Virus record (IMG/VR): IMGVR_UViG_3300036715_003906
Span: 62,001 to 126,000 of that record
Strand: one strand, 5' to 3'
DNA: 64,000 bases
Part shown: in pieces, positions 47,401-55,050 of the stretch
Layout of the letters: each line of letters opens with the position of its first letter
Position numbering within the stretch: position 1 is the stretch's first letter
The notes under the pieces: generated by a model
Seen by the model: the letters and a program-made list of their open reading frames with translations, nothing else
Database searches by the model: none
Told to the model about the DNA's origin: nothing
Position numbers and translations under genes: made by a program

Positions 47401-47474
47401 GGAGAGGTGAGCGAAGCCGCGGATGGCGGCGGAGGAGAGGTGAGCGAAGCCGCGGATGGCGGCGGAGGAGAGGT
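47401..47474. repeat. Perfect 33-bp tandem repeat (2 copies plus 8 bp)
   Basis: ggagaggtgagcgaagccgcggatggcggcgga x2. Encodes LSSAAIRGFAH x2 in the minus-strand ORF starting at ATG 47487. Confidence 0.95.
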
Positions 47475-47522
47475 CCGAGGGGGTCATGGAGCTACTACGC
47501 GGCGCCCCCCTCGGAATCAACA

Positions 47523-48359
47523 TCAAATCTGCACAAGCACAGGGAGCACGTCCGAAAGACCGAGGGACGTCCCACCCTCGGGGGACCTGACCCACTCCCC
47601 CGCACGTACCCATGGACGCCCCTCCCGCTCGGTCAGGAGGAAGGACCCCCGGTCCAGATCGAAGGGCACGTAAGGGCTCTTCCGGCCGAGCCACACCTCG
47701 CCCCCGGCCCCCTGCACAGCCCCCCGCAGATACCCCCGGCGGAAGGCTTCGATCCACCCGTAAAGGGGGGCGTGGGGCGTCTGAAACATCCCGAAGCCCT
47801 CCGTCCCGTGCTCGATGAGGGTGATGTCCCGGGGGAAGTGCCTCATGGACGGCAAGGTCCCCGCCGAGAGGTAACCCTCGATCCACTCGACGGCGGATCG
47901 GAGACGCCGGCCGCACTCCGATCGGCTCAGTCCCGAGGGAAAGCTGTCCTCCAGGTGCCGGAGGAACTGGCAGACCCGAGTGTCGAGATGCGCGAGAAAC
48001 GACGGGCCCAGCCGGTGGGCCGCGTCCACCTCGGCCACGAACCCAATCAGCCGGTCGCTGAGGCAGAGGTTCCGCCGGAGAAAGACGGACACGGCCACCA
48101 GCGTGTCGACATGGACCTCACGACAGACGAACTTCAGGGGCAGGGGGCGCCCCTGCAAGATGTCGAAGACCAGGCTGGTGAGGGCTCCCGGGTCCGCCAC
48201 CCCGAAACCCGGCCCGTGATGGTTGTAGGCGTAGAGCCCGGGGTCCCCCACCTGGGCCCGGGTCGACCCCGTCTCGAACGTCACCGCGTCGTCAAGGATC
48301 GGAGGGGCGGTCGTGTCCACCACCACATGGAGGTCAATCGGCGCGAGGCTCTCCTGCAT
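47523..48359 (-). CDS. Hypothetical protein, possibly a permuted/degenerate DHH-like phosphoesterase, 278 aa
   Basis: 'FETG...YNHHG...' followed by 'HVDTLVA'. The His-His motif precedes the Asp motif. Confidence 0.4.
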   Translation of the reverse strand: MQESLAPIDLHVVVDTTAPPILDDAVTFETGSTRAQVGDPGLYAYNHHGPGFGVADPGALTSLVFDILQGRPLPLKFVCREVHVDTLVAVSVFLRRNLCLSDRLIGFVAEVDAAHRLGPSFLAHLDTRVCQFLRHLEDSFPSGLSRSECGRRLRSAVEWIEGYLSAGTLPSMRHFPRDITLIEHGTEGFGMFQTPHAPLYGWIEAFRRGYLRGAVQGAGGEVWLGRKSPYVPFDLDRGSFLLTEREGRPWVRAGEWVRSPEGGTSLGLSDVLPVLVQI

Positions 48360-48380
48360 CCCCCACCCCTACACCGCGGG

Positions 48381-48902
48381 CTAACACGGGCAGGGGTCGA
48401 CATCGCACGAGGGGGGGTCCACATGCGCCTGCTGAGGGATGTCCGGGTAGACGCGGATGACCCGGTCCCGGTAGCTCGGCGGGGGCACGGGGACCGCGCC
48501 CATGGGGTAGCTCTGACGCCCGTCCCTCTGGTCCACGTAGGAGGCGAGCGCCGTGTAGGCGTGAAGAGGAAGGGGGACCGTCTCGGCCTCCCAGGCGTCG
48601 ATCGTGGCCGTGTCGACGTTCAGGAACGTCGCGGCCTCGCTGACCAGCCAGGGGACCCCTTGGCGAAGGAACTGGAAGACCACCCCCCGCACCAGGCCCA
48701 TGTGGGCCAGGGTGGACGCGGCACGGAGCCAGGCTGCCCGGCGAGCCTCGAGGGTGAACTCGGGCCCCCAGTCCCGCTGCAAGGCCGGGAGACGGGCCAC
48801 GAAGGTGATACCCAGCCCGGGGACCTGCATGGAGTAGTCCCCTGTCGTCCAGAAGGGCTCGTGGGGGCTGGGAGGGCAGGGGTCTGGGGGGCAGGGGGAC
48901 AC
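48381..48902 (-). CDS. Xre/MqsA-antitoxin-like HTH protein, 173 aa
   Basis: Start re-called at GTG 48902, 20 bp after a TTCTTATG motif. FQFLRQG...EAATFLNVDTATIDAWE is an HTH pattern; ITFVARLPAL resembles the YgiT-type N-domain. Confidence 0.55.
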   Translation of the reverse strand: MSPCPPDPCPPSPHEPFWTTGDYSMQVPGLGITFVARLPALQRDWGPEFTLEARRAAWLRAASTLAHMGLVRGVVFQFLRQGVPWLVSEAATFLNVDTATIDAWEAETVPLPLHAYTALASYVDQRDGRQSYPMGAVPVPPPSYRDRVIRVYPDIPQQAHVDPPSCDVDPCPC

Positions 48903-49077
48903 GGGGCTATCACCCCCCGTCCATAAGAAGAGCCTCCCGGATGCCCCGGCTGGCGCCGCGTCGGGCCTTCTTGTGCCCGGACCGGTGCACCTTGGCGAGC
49001 ACCTCCCGGAACCATCGCTTGTGCCGCGGGTCAGAGCAGCCGGAAGAAGGAGACGGTCGCCCCGGAGGGCGAACGCA

Positions 49078-49443
49078 TCAGGCGCGGCCCTCCCAGTATC
49101 CCTCGCGGTCGTGGTAGTCCTCCATCTCGGCCTCGATGCGGTCCTGGAGGTTGTCCCGCCAGTTCTGCGTCCGCTTGACGATGGGGGCCTTGCCGGACTT
49201 GAGGGGCCGCTGGGACCGGATCGAGTAGAGCTGGATGCGGATTGCATCCTCCCCGATCCCCGCGCCCTGGCTCGCGCCATCCCGGATCGAGGTCCACACC
49301 CGGACCGCGACCAGCGAGGAAAGGAGGAGGTCGTAGTAGATCTCCCCCCGATGCGTCGAACGACGGGGCGTGAGGGCCCGGAAGGCGCGGGTCAGGAACT
49401 TGTCCATCTCCGCCTGGGTAACGTTCGTGAACTGGACAGCCAT
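49078..49443 (-). CDS. Conserved-looking hypothetical protein, 121 aa (GEDAIRI...KRTQNWRDNL)
   Basis: GAGG RBS, normal codon bias, operonic with the helicase. Confidence 0.7.
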   Translation of the reverse strand: MAVQFTNVTQAEMDKFLTRAFRALTPRRSTHRGEIYYDLLLSSLVAVRVWTSIRDGASQGAGIGEDAIRIQLYSIRSQRPLKSGKAPIVKRTQNWRDNLQDRIEAEMEDYHDREGYWEGRA

Positions 49444-49458
49444 CGCGTACCTCTTGGA

Positions 49459-52400
49459 TCAGTTACGGGTCCGGTCGTAGGTATACCCCGACAGCGGCGC
49501 GGGGCTCGGGGCGGCCGGGACGGAGACGGGCACGCGGGCCGGAGTGAAGCGCGCACTCCGTAGCCGGGCGGTCTTGTCCATGTAGTCGTCGAGGCCCGCC
49601 CCGACCTCGTCCCAGTCGAGGGGCTCCTCCAGGACCTCCTCGGCGTTCTCGACCACCTCGGCGTCCGTGGCGGGCACGGCGCCGGGGGTGAGGGTCTCCG
49701 GCTGCTGGACGTTCTGCCCGGGCTTGAGACCGGCCTCCGCGACGAAGGGCGACATGCCCCCGGGGCAGAGGATCGTAAGGGACTTCTGGGCCCGGGTGAG
49801 CGCCACGTACCCGAGCCGGCGCTCGGACTCCATGGCCGTCTGGGGGTCGACGAGCTGCTCCTCGCGGATCTCGTTCTCCTTGGGCTTGCGGGGCGCACGC
49901 TCCATCGGGAACTTGCCCTTGGGCATCATGAGGGTGACGTCGGGCCACTCGGCGCCCTTCGTCGAGTGCGCCGTCCCCAGGTAGACGCCCGGCGGGGGCT
50001 TGCGCTCGGAGAGCGGGACACCCTGGGCCACCTGCTGCTTCTCCCACTCGTCCGGATCGATCCGCAGCTCCTCCGACCGGCTGGCGAGCCCGTCGAACTT
50101 CGCCCGGAACTGGTGGGGGTCCTGGGGGTTGTAGTTCGGGTCGACCTCCTGGGGCTGCATCATCATCATGACGAACTCCAGAGACCCGAGGCTCGACTTC
50201 TCCTCCGTCAGCTCCGGGTCCTCCTCGGCCGCCTCCTGGCTCACCCGCGCTGACAGCCGGCGCACGGTGGCGTCATGGAAGGACTCGATGCGGGTCGCCC
50301 AGACGGTCTGGCCCGGGTCGGGCGGGATCACCTCGACGATGGGCAGGGCGAGGATGCTCTCGAACAAGTCCTTCGAGGAGAACTCCTTGTCCTGCATGTA
50401 GGAGCGGATATCCCCCAGGCCCTCGAGGAGCGGCTTGGCCTTCTGCGCATCCTTGGACGCCCGGTACACGGGGTCCCCCGTGATCCCCTGGATCATGGTC
50501 GAGAGGAACATCGGGTCCCGGACGCACGCCAGCAGGGGGTCGAAGGTGGCGAAGTCGAAGCGGTGACGGGCGCAGTAGTCCTGCATCGCCCGCTTCATGG
50601 CCTTCTCGGCCAGCTTGACGTTCTCCGCCCGGTCCGTCTGCGAGAACTTGGGCTTGATAATCCCGCCGTGGATGAGGGTCTGGCAGAAGGACTCCTGCAC
50701 CGCCCGGGGCGTCGAGCCCGTCGCCACGTTCATGAAGGACCGGAAGGTGTCCGTCTCCTGCGAGCCGAAGACCGAAGCGGCCTTCTTCTGGACGTACCGG
50801 GTCCCGGTGACCGCGCAGATGCGCTGGAACACCCCCAGCTCCGCGTTCGTCCGGGCGAGGACGGCGAAGTTGCTGAGGGGCTCCCCGGCCGCCGTGGCCA
50901 TCATGATCTTCTTGCCGAACTCCACCGCCGCGTCTGCGTCCGTATTCGGGACCAGGACGTTCAGGTTCGCCTCCCCCTTCACCCGGTGCGGGGCCGCCTT
51001 GGCCACCATGGGGATCTGGTTCGCGTTGTTGGCGATGAGCTTGTTTGCCGCGTCGACAAACTCCGGGGCGCAGCGGTAGTTCGTCGTGATCTGCCGGTCC
51101 TTGAACCCCATCTGATCGAGCGCGATGAAGTTGGCCGGGTCTGCACCACGGAACTGGTAGATCGACTGCTTGTCGTCGCCCACCATCCAGAAGGACTTGT
51201 CCTTGTCGTCCGTCTGGATGTGCTCCGTCATGAGCTGGAGGATCTCGAACTGAAGGGGGTTCAGGTCCTGGCACTCGTCGACCATGATGTGGTCGATGCC
51301 CGCCTGGACCTTCTTCCGGGCCTGGGGGTTCGCCTTGATAATGTCACGGAAGACCGCGAGCATGTCGTTGAAGTCCCCGACGCGCGGCTTGCCGCCCCGG
51401 TAGAAGTCCACGAACTTCGCGAACTTCGGCGTGCCCTTGGGGTTCGTCGAAGGGCCGCAGAGGTTCGGCCGCCACGACGTCCCGAGGCCGCCCTTGAGCC
51501 CCTCGTAGACCTCGTAGAAGCGGAGCGCCTGGTACGCCTCCATCGAGCCCTGCTTCTCGCACCAGTCCTTGACCTGGTCCATGGACATGCCCTGCCCCTG
51601 GAAGATGTTGAGGTAGGCCATCATCCGGGCCGACTTGGGGGGCATCTTCCACAGCTCGTCCGCCGGCACCTCGCGCTTCTCGCCCTCGGGGTCGCCCGGG
51701 GGGTCGCGATCGATGTACGGGAAGCACTCCTCCCAGATGTCCTTGGTCGCCTTGAAGAGGGCCGACGCCGACACCATCCCGCCCCGGCCGTTGACCCGGG
51801 CGAAGATGTTGACCTGGGCCGGTGTGCCGTAGGCATTGATGGCCGCCAGGAAGGTCGAGTGCATCGTCCCGACCGTGACCCCGTTCGCGTTCTTGTTCTT
51901 GGTCGTCGAGACCTTCCCCGACCCGACCTTGACCGCCATCTTCTGCGCCAGCTCTTCCGCCGCCTTCGTGTTGAAGGACATGGCGATCATCCGGTTCGGC
52001 GTGGCGCCGCTGTCGATCAGGTACTGGACCCGGGCGAGCAGGGTCGTGGACTTGCCCGACCCGGCGCCGGCCGACACCCGCACCTTGCCCCCCGTGAGGG
52101 CCGCCGACCGCTGCTCGGGATCGAGCTTGCGAAGGGCCGGGGGAACGTTGGCCTCGATGGCCGGATCCGTCGCCACGGCCACCGCCACGCTCGTGGCCAC
52201 CGCAATGGCCTCCGCACGGGTGATGGGTCCGTCAGGCGTCCCCGCCTTGTCCATGGCCCGCGTGGCCGCCTCGTGGGCCTCCGCCTCGACCTTGGCCAAG
52301 GTTGCCGACTGCTTGTCCCCCGCCTCCGCCCCCTCGTCACGGTCAGGCTTCGCCTCCCGCGTCACCTGCTGCGCAAACGACGCCTTGGTGGCATCCGCCA

Positions 52401-52995
52401 CCCCCTTGACCGCCTCCTGGATCGGATTGATCTGGACAGGTCCGGGGACCGCGACCTCGCTCGCCTTGTCGATCCACTTCTCGACGACCTTGTTCCGCAG
52501 CACGATGGCCGACAGACGCCCGAGGGCGGCATCCGGGTCATCCATCTTGGCCGCGTCCATGGCGTCGAGGGCCTCCTTGCGGGCCTTGTTGCTCGACCCA
52601 AAGACCGCCTTGGCCGTCGTCGACCCGCCCCGGGACAGGACCGACCGGAGCTTGAGCGCCCGGAGGGATGCCCCATCGGGGCTCGGGGGCGGCCGGAGAG
52701 CGGCCTCCAGGAGCTTGACGCTGGCCGGGGTCGTGAGACTCGACCGGATCGTCTGAGCGATGGCCTCCAGGCTCCCTCGCTCCACACGCCGGAGCAGGCT
52801 CAGGCCCTGCGACAGCGTGGGGTCCATGGGATCAACTACGCCTCGGGTCTCCTGCTGCCAGCGCATGAACGTGTCCACGCTCAGGAGAAGGACCAGGTAA
52901 TCGGCGACAGCCAACTCCCGGATGTCGGCGTCGTCCGTGTGGTCCGTCGCGACGGTGACGGGCAGGGGGCGTTCGTAGCGGAGTTCCATCGTCAT
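49459..52995 (-). CDS. uvrD: UvrD/Rep/PcrA superfamily-1 helicase with about 290-aa N-terminal extension, 1178 aa
   Basis: AGAGSGKS (I), TMHS (Ib), VDECQD (II), VGDDKQSIYQFRGA (III), TNYRC (IV), ARTN (IVa), TAHSTKGAEW (V), ERRLGYVALTRA (VI). Confidence 0.95.
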   Translation of the reverse strand: MTMELRYERPLPVTVATDHTDDADIRELAVADYLVLLLSVDTFMRWQQETRGVVDPMDPTLSQGLSLLRRVERGSLEAIAQTIRSSLTTPASVKLLEAALRPPPSPDGASLRALKLRSVLSRGGSTTAKAVFGSSNKARKEALDAMDAAKMDDPDAALGRLSAIVLRNKVVEKWIDKASEVAVPGPVQINPIQEAVKGVADATKASFAQQVTREAKPDRDEGAEAGDKQSATLAKVEAEAHEAATRAMDKAGTPDGPITRAEAIAVATSVAVAVATDPAIEANVPPALRKLDPEQRSAALTGGKVRVSAGAGSGKSTTLLARVQYLIDSGATPNRMIAMSFNTKAAEELAQKMAVKVGSGKVSTTKNKNANGVTVGTMHSTFLAAINAYGTPAQVNIFARVNGRGGMVSASALFKATKDIWEECFPYIDRDPPGDPEGEKREVPADELWKMPPKSARMMAYLNIFQGQGMSMDQVKDWCEKQGSMEAYQALRFYEVYEGLKGGLGTSWRPNLCGPSTNPKGTPKFAKFVDFYRGGKPRVGDFNDMLAVFRDIIKANPQARKKVQAGIDHIMVDECQDLNPLQFEILQLMTEHIQTDDKDKSFWMVGDDKQSIYQFRGADPANFIALDQMGFKDRQITTNYRCAPEFVDAANKLIANNANQIPMVAKAAPHRVKGEANLNVLVPNTDADAAVEFGKKIMMATAAGEPLSNFAVLARTNAELGVFQRICAVTGTRYVQKKAASVFGSQETDTFRSFMNVATGSTPRAVQESFCQTLIHGGIIKPKFSQTDRAENVKLAEKAMKRAMQDYCARHRFDFATFDPLLACVRDPMFLSTMIQGITGDPVYRASKDAQKAKPLLEGLGDIRSYMQDKEFSSKDLFESILALPIVEVIPPDPGQTVWATRIESFHDATVRRLSARVSQEAAEEDPELTEEKSSLGSLEFVMMMMQPQEVDPNYNPQDPHQFRAKFDGLASRSEELRIDPDEWEKQQVAQGVPLSERKPPPGVYLGTAHSTKGAEWPDVTLMMPKGKFPMERAPRKPKENEIREEQLVDPQTAMESERRLGYVALTRAQKSLTILCPGGMSPFVAEAGLKPGQNVQQPETLTPGAVPATDAEVVENAEEVLEEPLDWDEVGAGLDDYMDKTARLRSARFTPARVPVSVPAAPSPAPLSGYTYDRTRN

Positions 52996-53036
52996 CGTTG
53001 CGTGCTCCTACACCAGAGACTCACGATGACAGGGGG

Positions 53037-53044
53037 TATAAAAG
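53037..53044 (-). promoter_or_regulatory. Putative late-promoter motif (CTTTTATA)
   Basis: Intergenic AT-rich motif 42 bp upstream of the helicase ATG. Confidence 0.35.
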
Positions 53045-53057
53045 CATCACCCGCGCG

Positions 53058-53729
53058 TCAAGGGGTTCCGGCGGTGGTTCCCTCCTTCGGGGCGGTCTCC
53101 GCGAACCGGTGAAAGACCCGGTTCGCGAGCTGGACCCGGACCCGGGACTTGTGGCTGGCGTCAGCGTACTTCCTCGCCTGCTTGTCGAGGCAGACCTTGT
53201 CCTCGTCGCACTTGGCGGGGTCCGGCTTGCATTCTCCGCTGGCGTACTGGTTCAGCCAATGGTCCCGGGGGAGCAAACGGCAGGAGGCAAAGGACCGCCG
53301 GACCATCTCCAGGACGACGGCCATGCACTTCTCCCGATCGGAGATCAGGTCCTTGCCGGTCCACGACTTCATGACGTCGTCGCCCACGGGCACGGTCCCC
53401 GACCCCAGGTTGATCTGGCCCATGCACCAGGACCGGCCGTGGTCCTCCTCCCCCCACGACGCCCGCTTCGCCCGGGACAGCCCGAGGTCCACGTCCTTGC
53501 GCCAGCCCGACTCGATGTAGGTAACGGAGAGAAGAACCGCCGCCGTGTAGGCCCGACCCGAAGGCCCGGGGATCAGGGGGGGATTGGCCGCGACCACCTT
53601 CTCGATGGCCGCCGCGATCTCCTGGTAGCGCGCGTCCCGCTGGGGTACCGTTTCGAGGGTGGAGCGGTGCCTGCTCACCGGCTGCAAGTAGAGCATCAGG
53701 GAGAGGGCCCAAAGCGTGAGGGTCTGCAT
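53058..53729 (-). CDS. Secreted lysozyme/SLT-like protein, 223 aa
   Basis: Start re-called at ATG 53729. Hydrophobic N-terminus MQTLTLWALSLMLYL, then VTYIESGWRKDVD (catalytic Glu-Ser), GRSWCMGQI and six Cys. Confidence 0.65.
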   Translation of the reverse strand: MQTLTLWALSLMLYLQPVSRHRSTLETVPQRDARYQEIAAAIEKVVAANPPLIPGPSGRAYTAAVLLSVTYIESGWRKDVDLGLSRAKRASWGEEDHGRSWCMGQINLGSGTVPVGDDVMKSWTGKDLISDREKCMAVVLEMVRRSFASCRLLPRDHWLNQYASGECKPDPAKCDEDKVCLDKQARKYADASHKSRVRVQLANRVFHRFAETAPKEGTTAGTP

Positions 53730-53778
53730 GAGGGCGCGTGACCTACCACAGCTCGCCTGATGGGCAAACGAAAAGGCC

Positions 53779-55026
53779 CTACCCCCCCACGCCTTCGTCG
53801 AGGAGACGCTGGCACAGGAAATCAGGGTCCGTATAGGGTTCATCCTCCCGGACGACCAGGTAATGGAACCGGCCGTCCTCCCGTACCTGTCGCTCCTTCT
53901 CCCGGTCCCGCACCTGGAGAGCATCGAAGAGACCCCGGTCCTTGATATACACGGAGGGGAACTCCCAGTGCTGGAACCCGTGGAACTCGGCGATGAGGCG
54001 ATGCGAGGGGAAGAAACCGTCGAACCGGTAGAAGGCGTTTTTTGCGGACATGAATGCCCGCGACCGCCACTCCATCTCGTAGGTCGCGCCCCCAAGAACC
54101 TTCGCGACAGCTTCCAGGAAAAGGGTCTGGCTAATGAACCGGTGAAAGGTCGGGAGGCCGTGGCGCTGGCATTCACGCTTGACCACGGCGAAGTCGTGCC
54201 CGAGACCCGCCATCGCCCGACCGATCGCGATCTTGCCGTTGCCAAGTGCGAAGGGCAACAGCGCATCCTTGTCCAGACGGATCGTGGCGCGCTCTGCCCT
54301 CTCCCGCACGTAGCGATGGCTGAGGCGGAGACCCAGGCGGCCCATGTACTTTGTCACGGTCTCCTCCGTGACGCTCAGCTCCTCAGCCATGGCCTTCCGG
54401 TCAACCGCCCCGGTCGCGTCCAGGTACGGCGTGAAGTCGACGTCGGAGAGGTCCAGCGCACGGCCTGACGGGACGCCCATCTTCAGGGCGGAGAGCTTCT
54501 CCGACGTGGAAAGGAGGCCCGGATGGTCCTGCTTTGTGAGCCCCCTCGACCACGACGCTCGCCCCCTCATGGCCTCCGCTGCGTGAGCTACCCGCTCGTC
54601 CGTCTCTTTGGTGAGCCCGCGGTTCCAGCCCGCCGCCGCGGACATCTTCGCCCGGGTCTCGGGGGACAAGGGGCGGCCCTTCAAGGGCGAAGGAGCCCGT
54701 GGACGGACTGCCCGCTGGACACGAGCCTCCTGCCTCTCCCGGTCCTTACACGCCGGGCACCGGGCCTGAAGGGACGCGGTCAGCCCCACCTCATGAACGG
54801 CACCACAAGGGCAGGTGGCGGCCTTCTTCTTACCCGCCCTCGGGCTCTCCGCGTGCTGCTTGACGAAAGCCGCCTTGCGGTTGGCCTCGCACGCCTCCGA
54901 CCGAATACGGGCCCCCGGGTACTGCCCCCGATACGACTCGGCCGAGACCCCGTGCGCCGCCTTGAGGTGGCGGGCCAGTGTCTCGGCCGAGTGCCCACAG
55001 ACCAAACAAGTCACCCTCGTTTCCAT
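53779..55026 (-). CDS. Putative homing endonuclease: Zn finger, NUMOD3-like repeats and a DUF559/Vsr-like PD-(D/E)xK nuclease, 415 aa
   Basis: CLVC...H...H; KGRPLSPETRAKMS; WNRGLTKE/WSRGLTKQ; RFDGFF...IAEFHG.QHW...D..K. Lower GC with an AT-rich leader. Confidence 0.75.
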   Translation of the reverse strand: METRVTCLVCGHSAETLARHLKAAHGVSAESYRGQYPGARIRSEACEANRKAAFVKQHAESPRAGKKKAATCPCGAVHEVGLTASLQARCPACKDRERQEARVQRAVRPRAPSPLKGRPLSPETRAKMSAAAGWNRGLTKETDERVAHAAEAMRGRASWSRGLTKQDHPGLLSTSEKLSALKMGVPSGRALDLSDVDFTPYLDATGAVDRKAMAEELSVTEETVTKYMGRLGLRLSHRYVRERAERATIRLDKDALLPFALGNGKIAIGRAMAGLGHDFAVVKRECQRHGLPTFHRFISQTLFLEAVAKVLGGATYEMEWRSRAFMSAKNAFYRFDGFFPSHRLIAEFHGFQHWEFPSVYIKDRGLFDALQVRDREKERQVREDGRFHYLVVREDEPYTDPDFLCQRLLDEGVGG

Positions 55027-55050
55027 CCCGCCAGAGTAGCGGGATATTAT

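Noticed and set aside
47401-47474. CRISPR array
   Set aside because: The two copies are contiguous with no spacers, and no cas genes are present.
53161-53712. 183-aa minus-strand ORF
   Set aside because: Alternative frame of the lysozyme-like gene, Arg/Gly-rich with no motifs.
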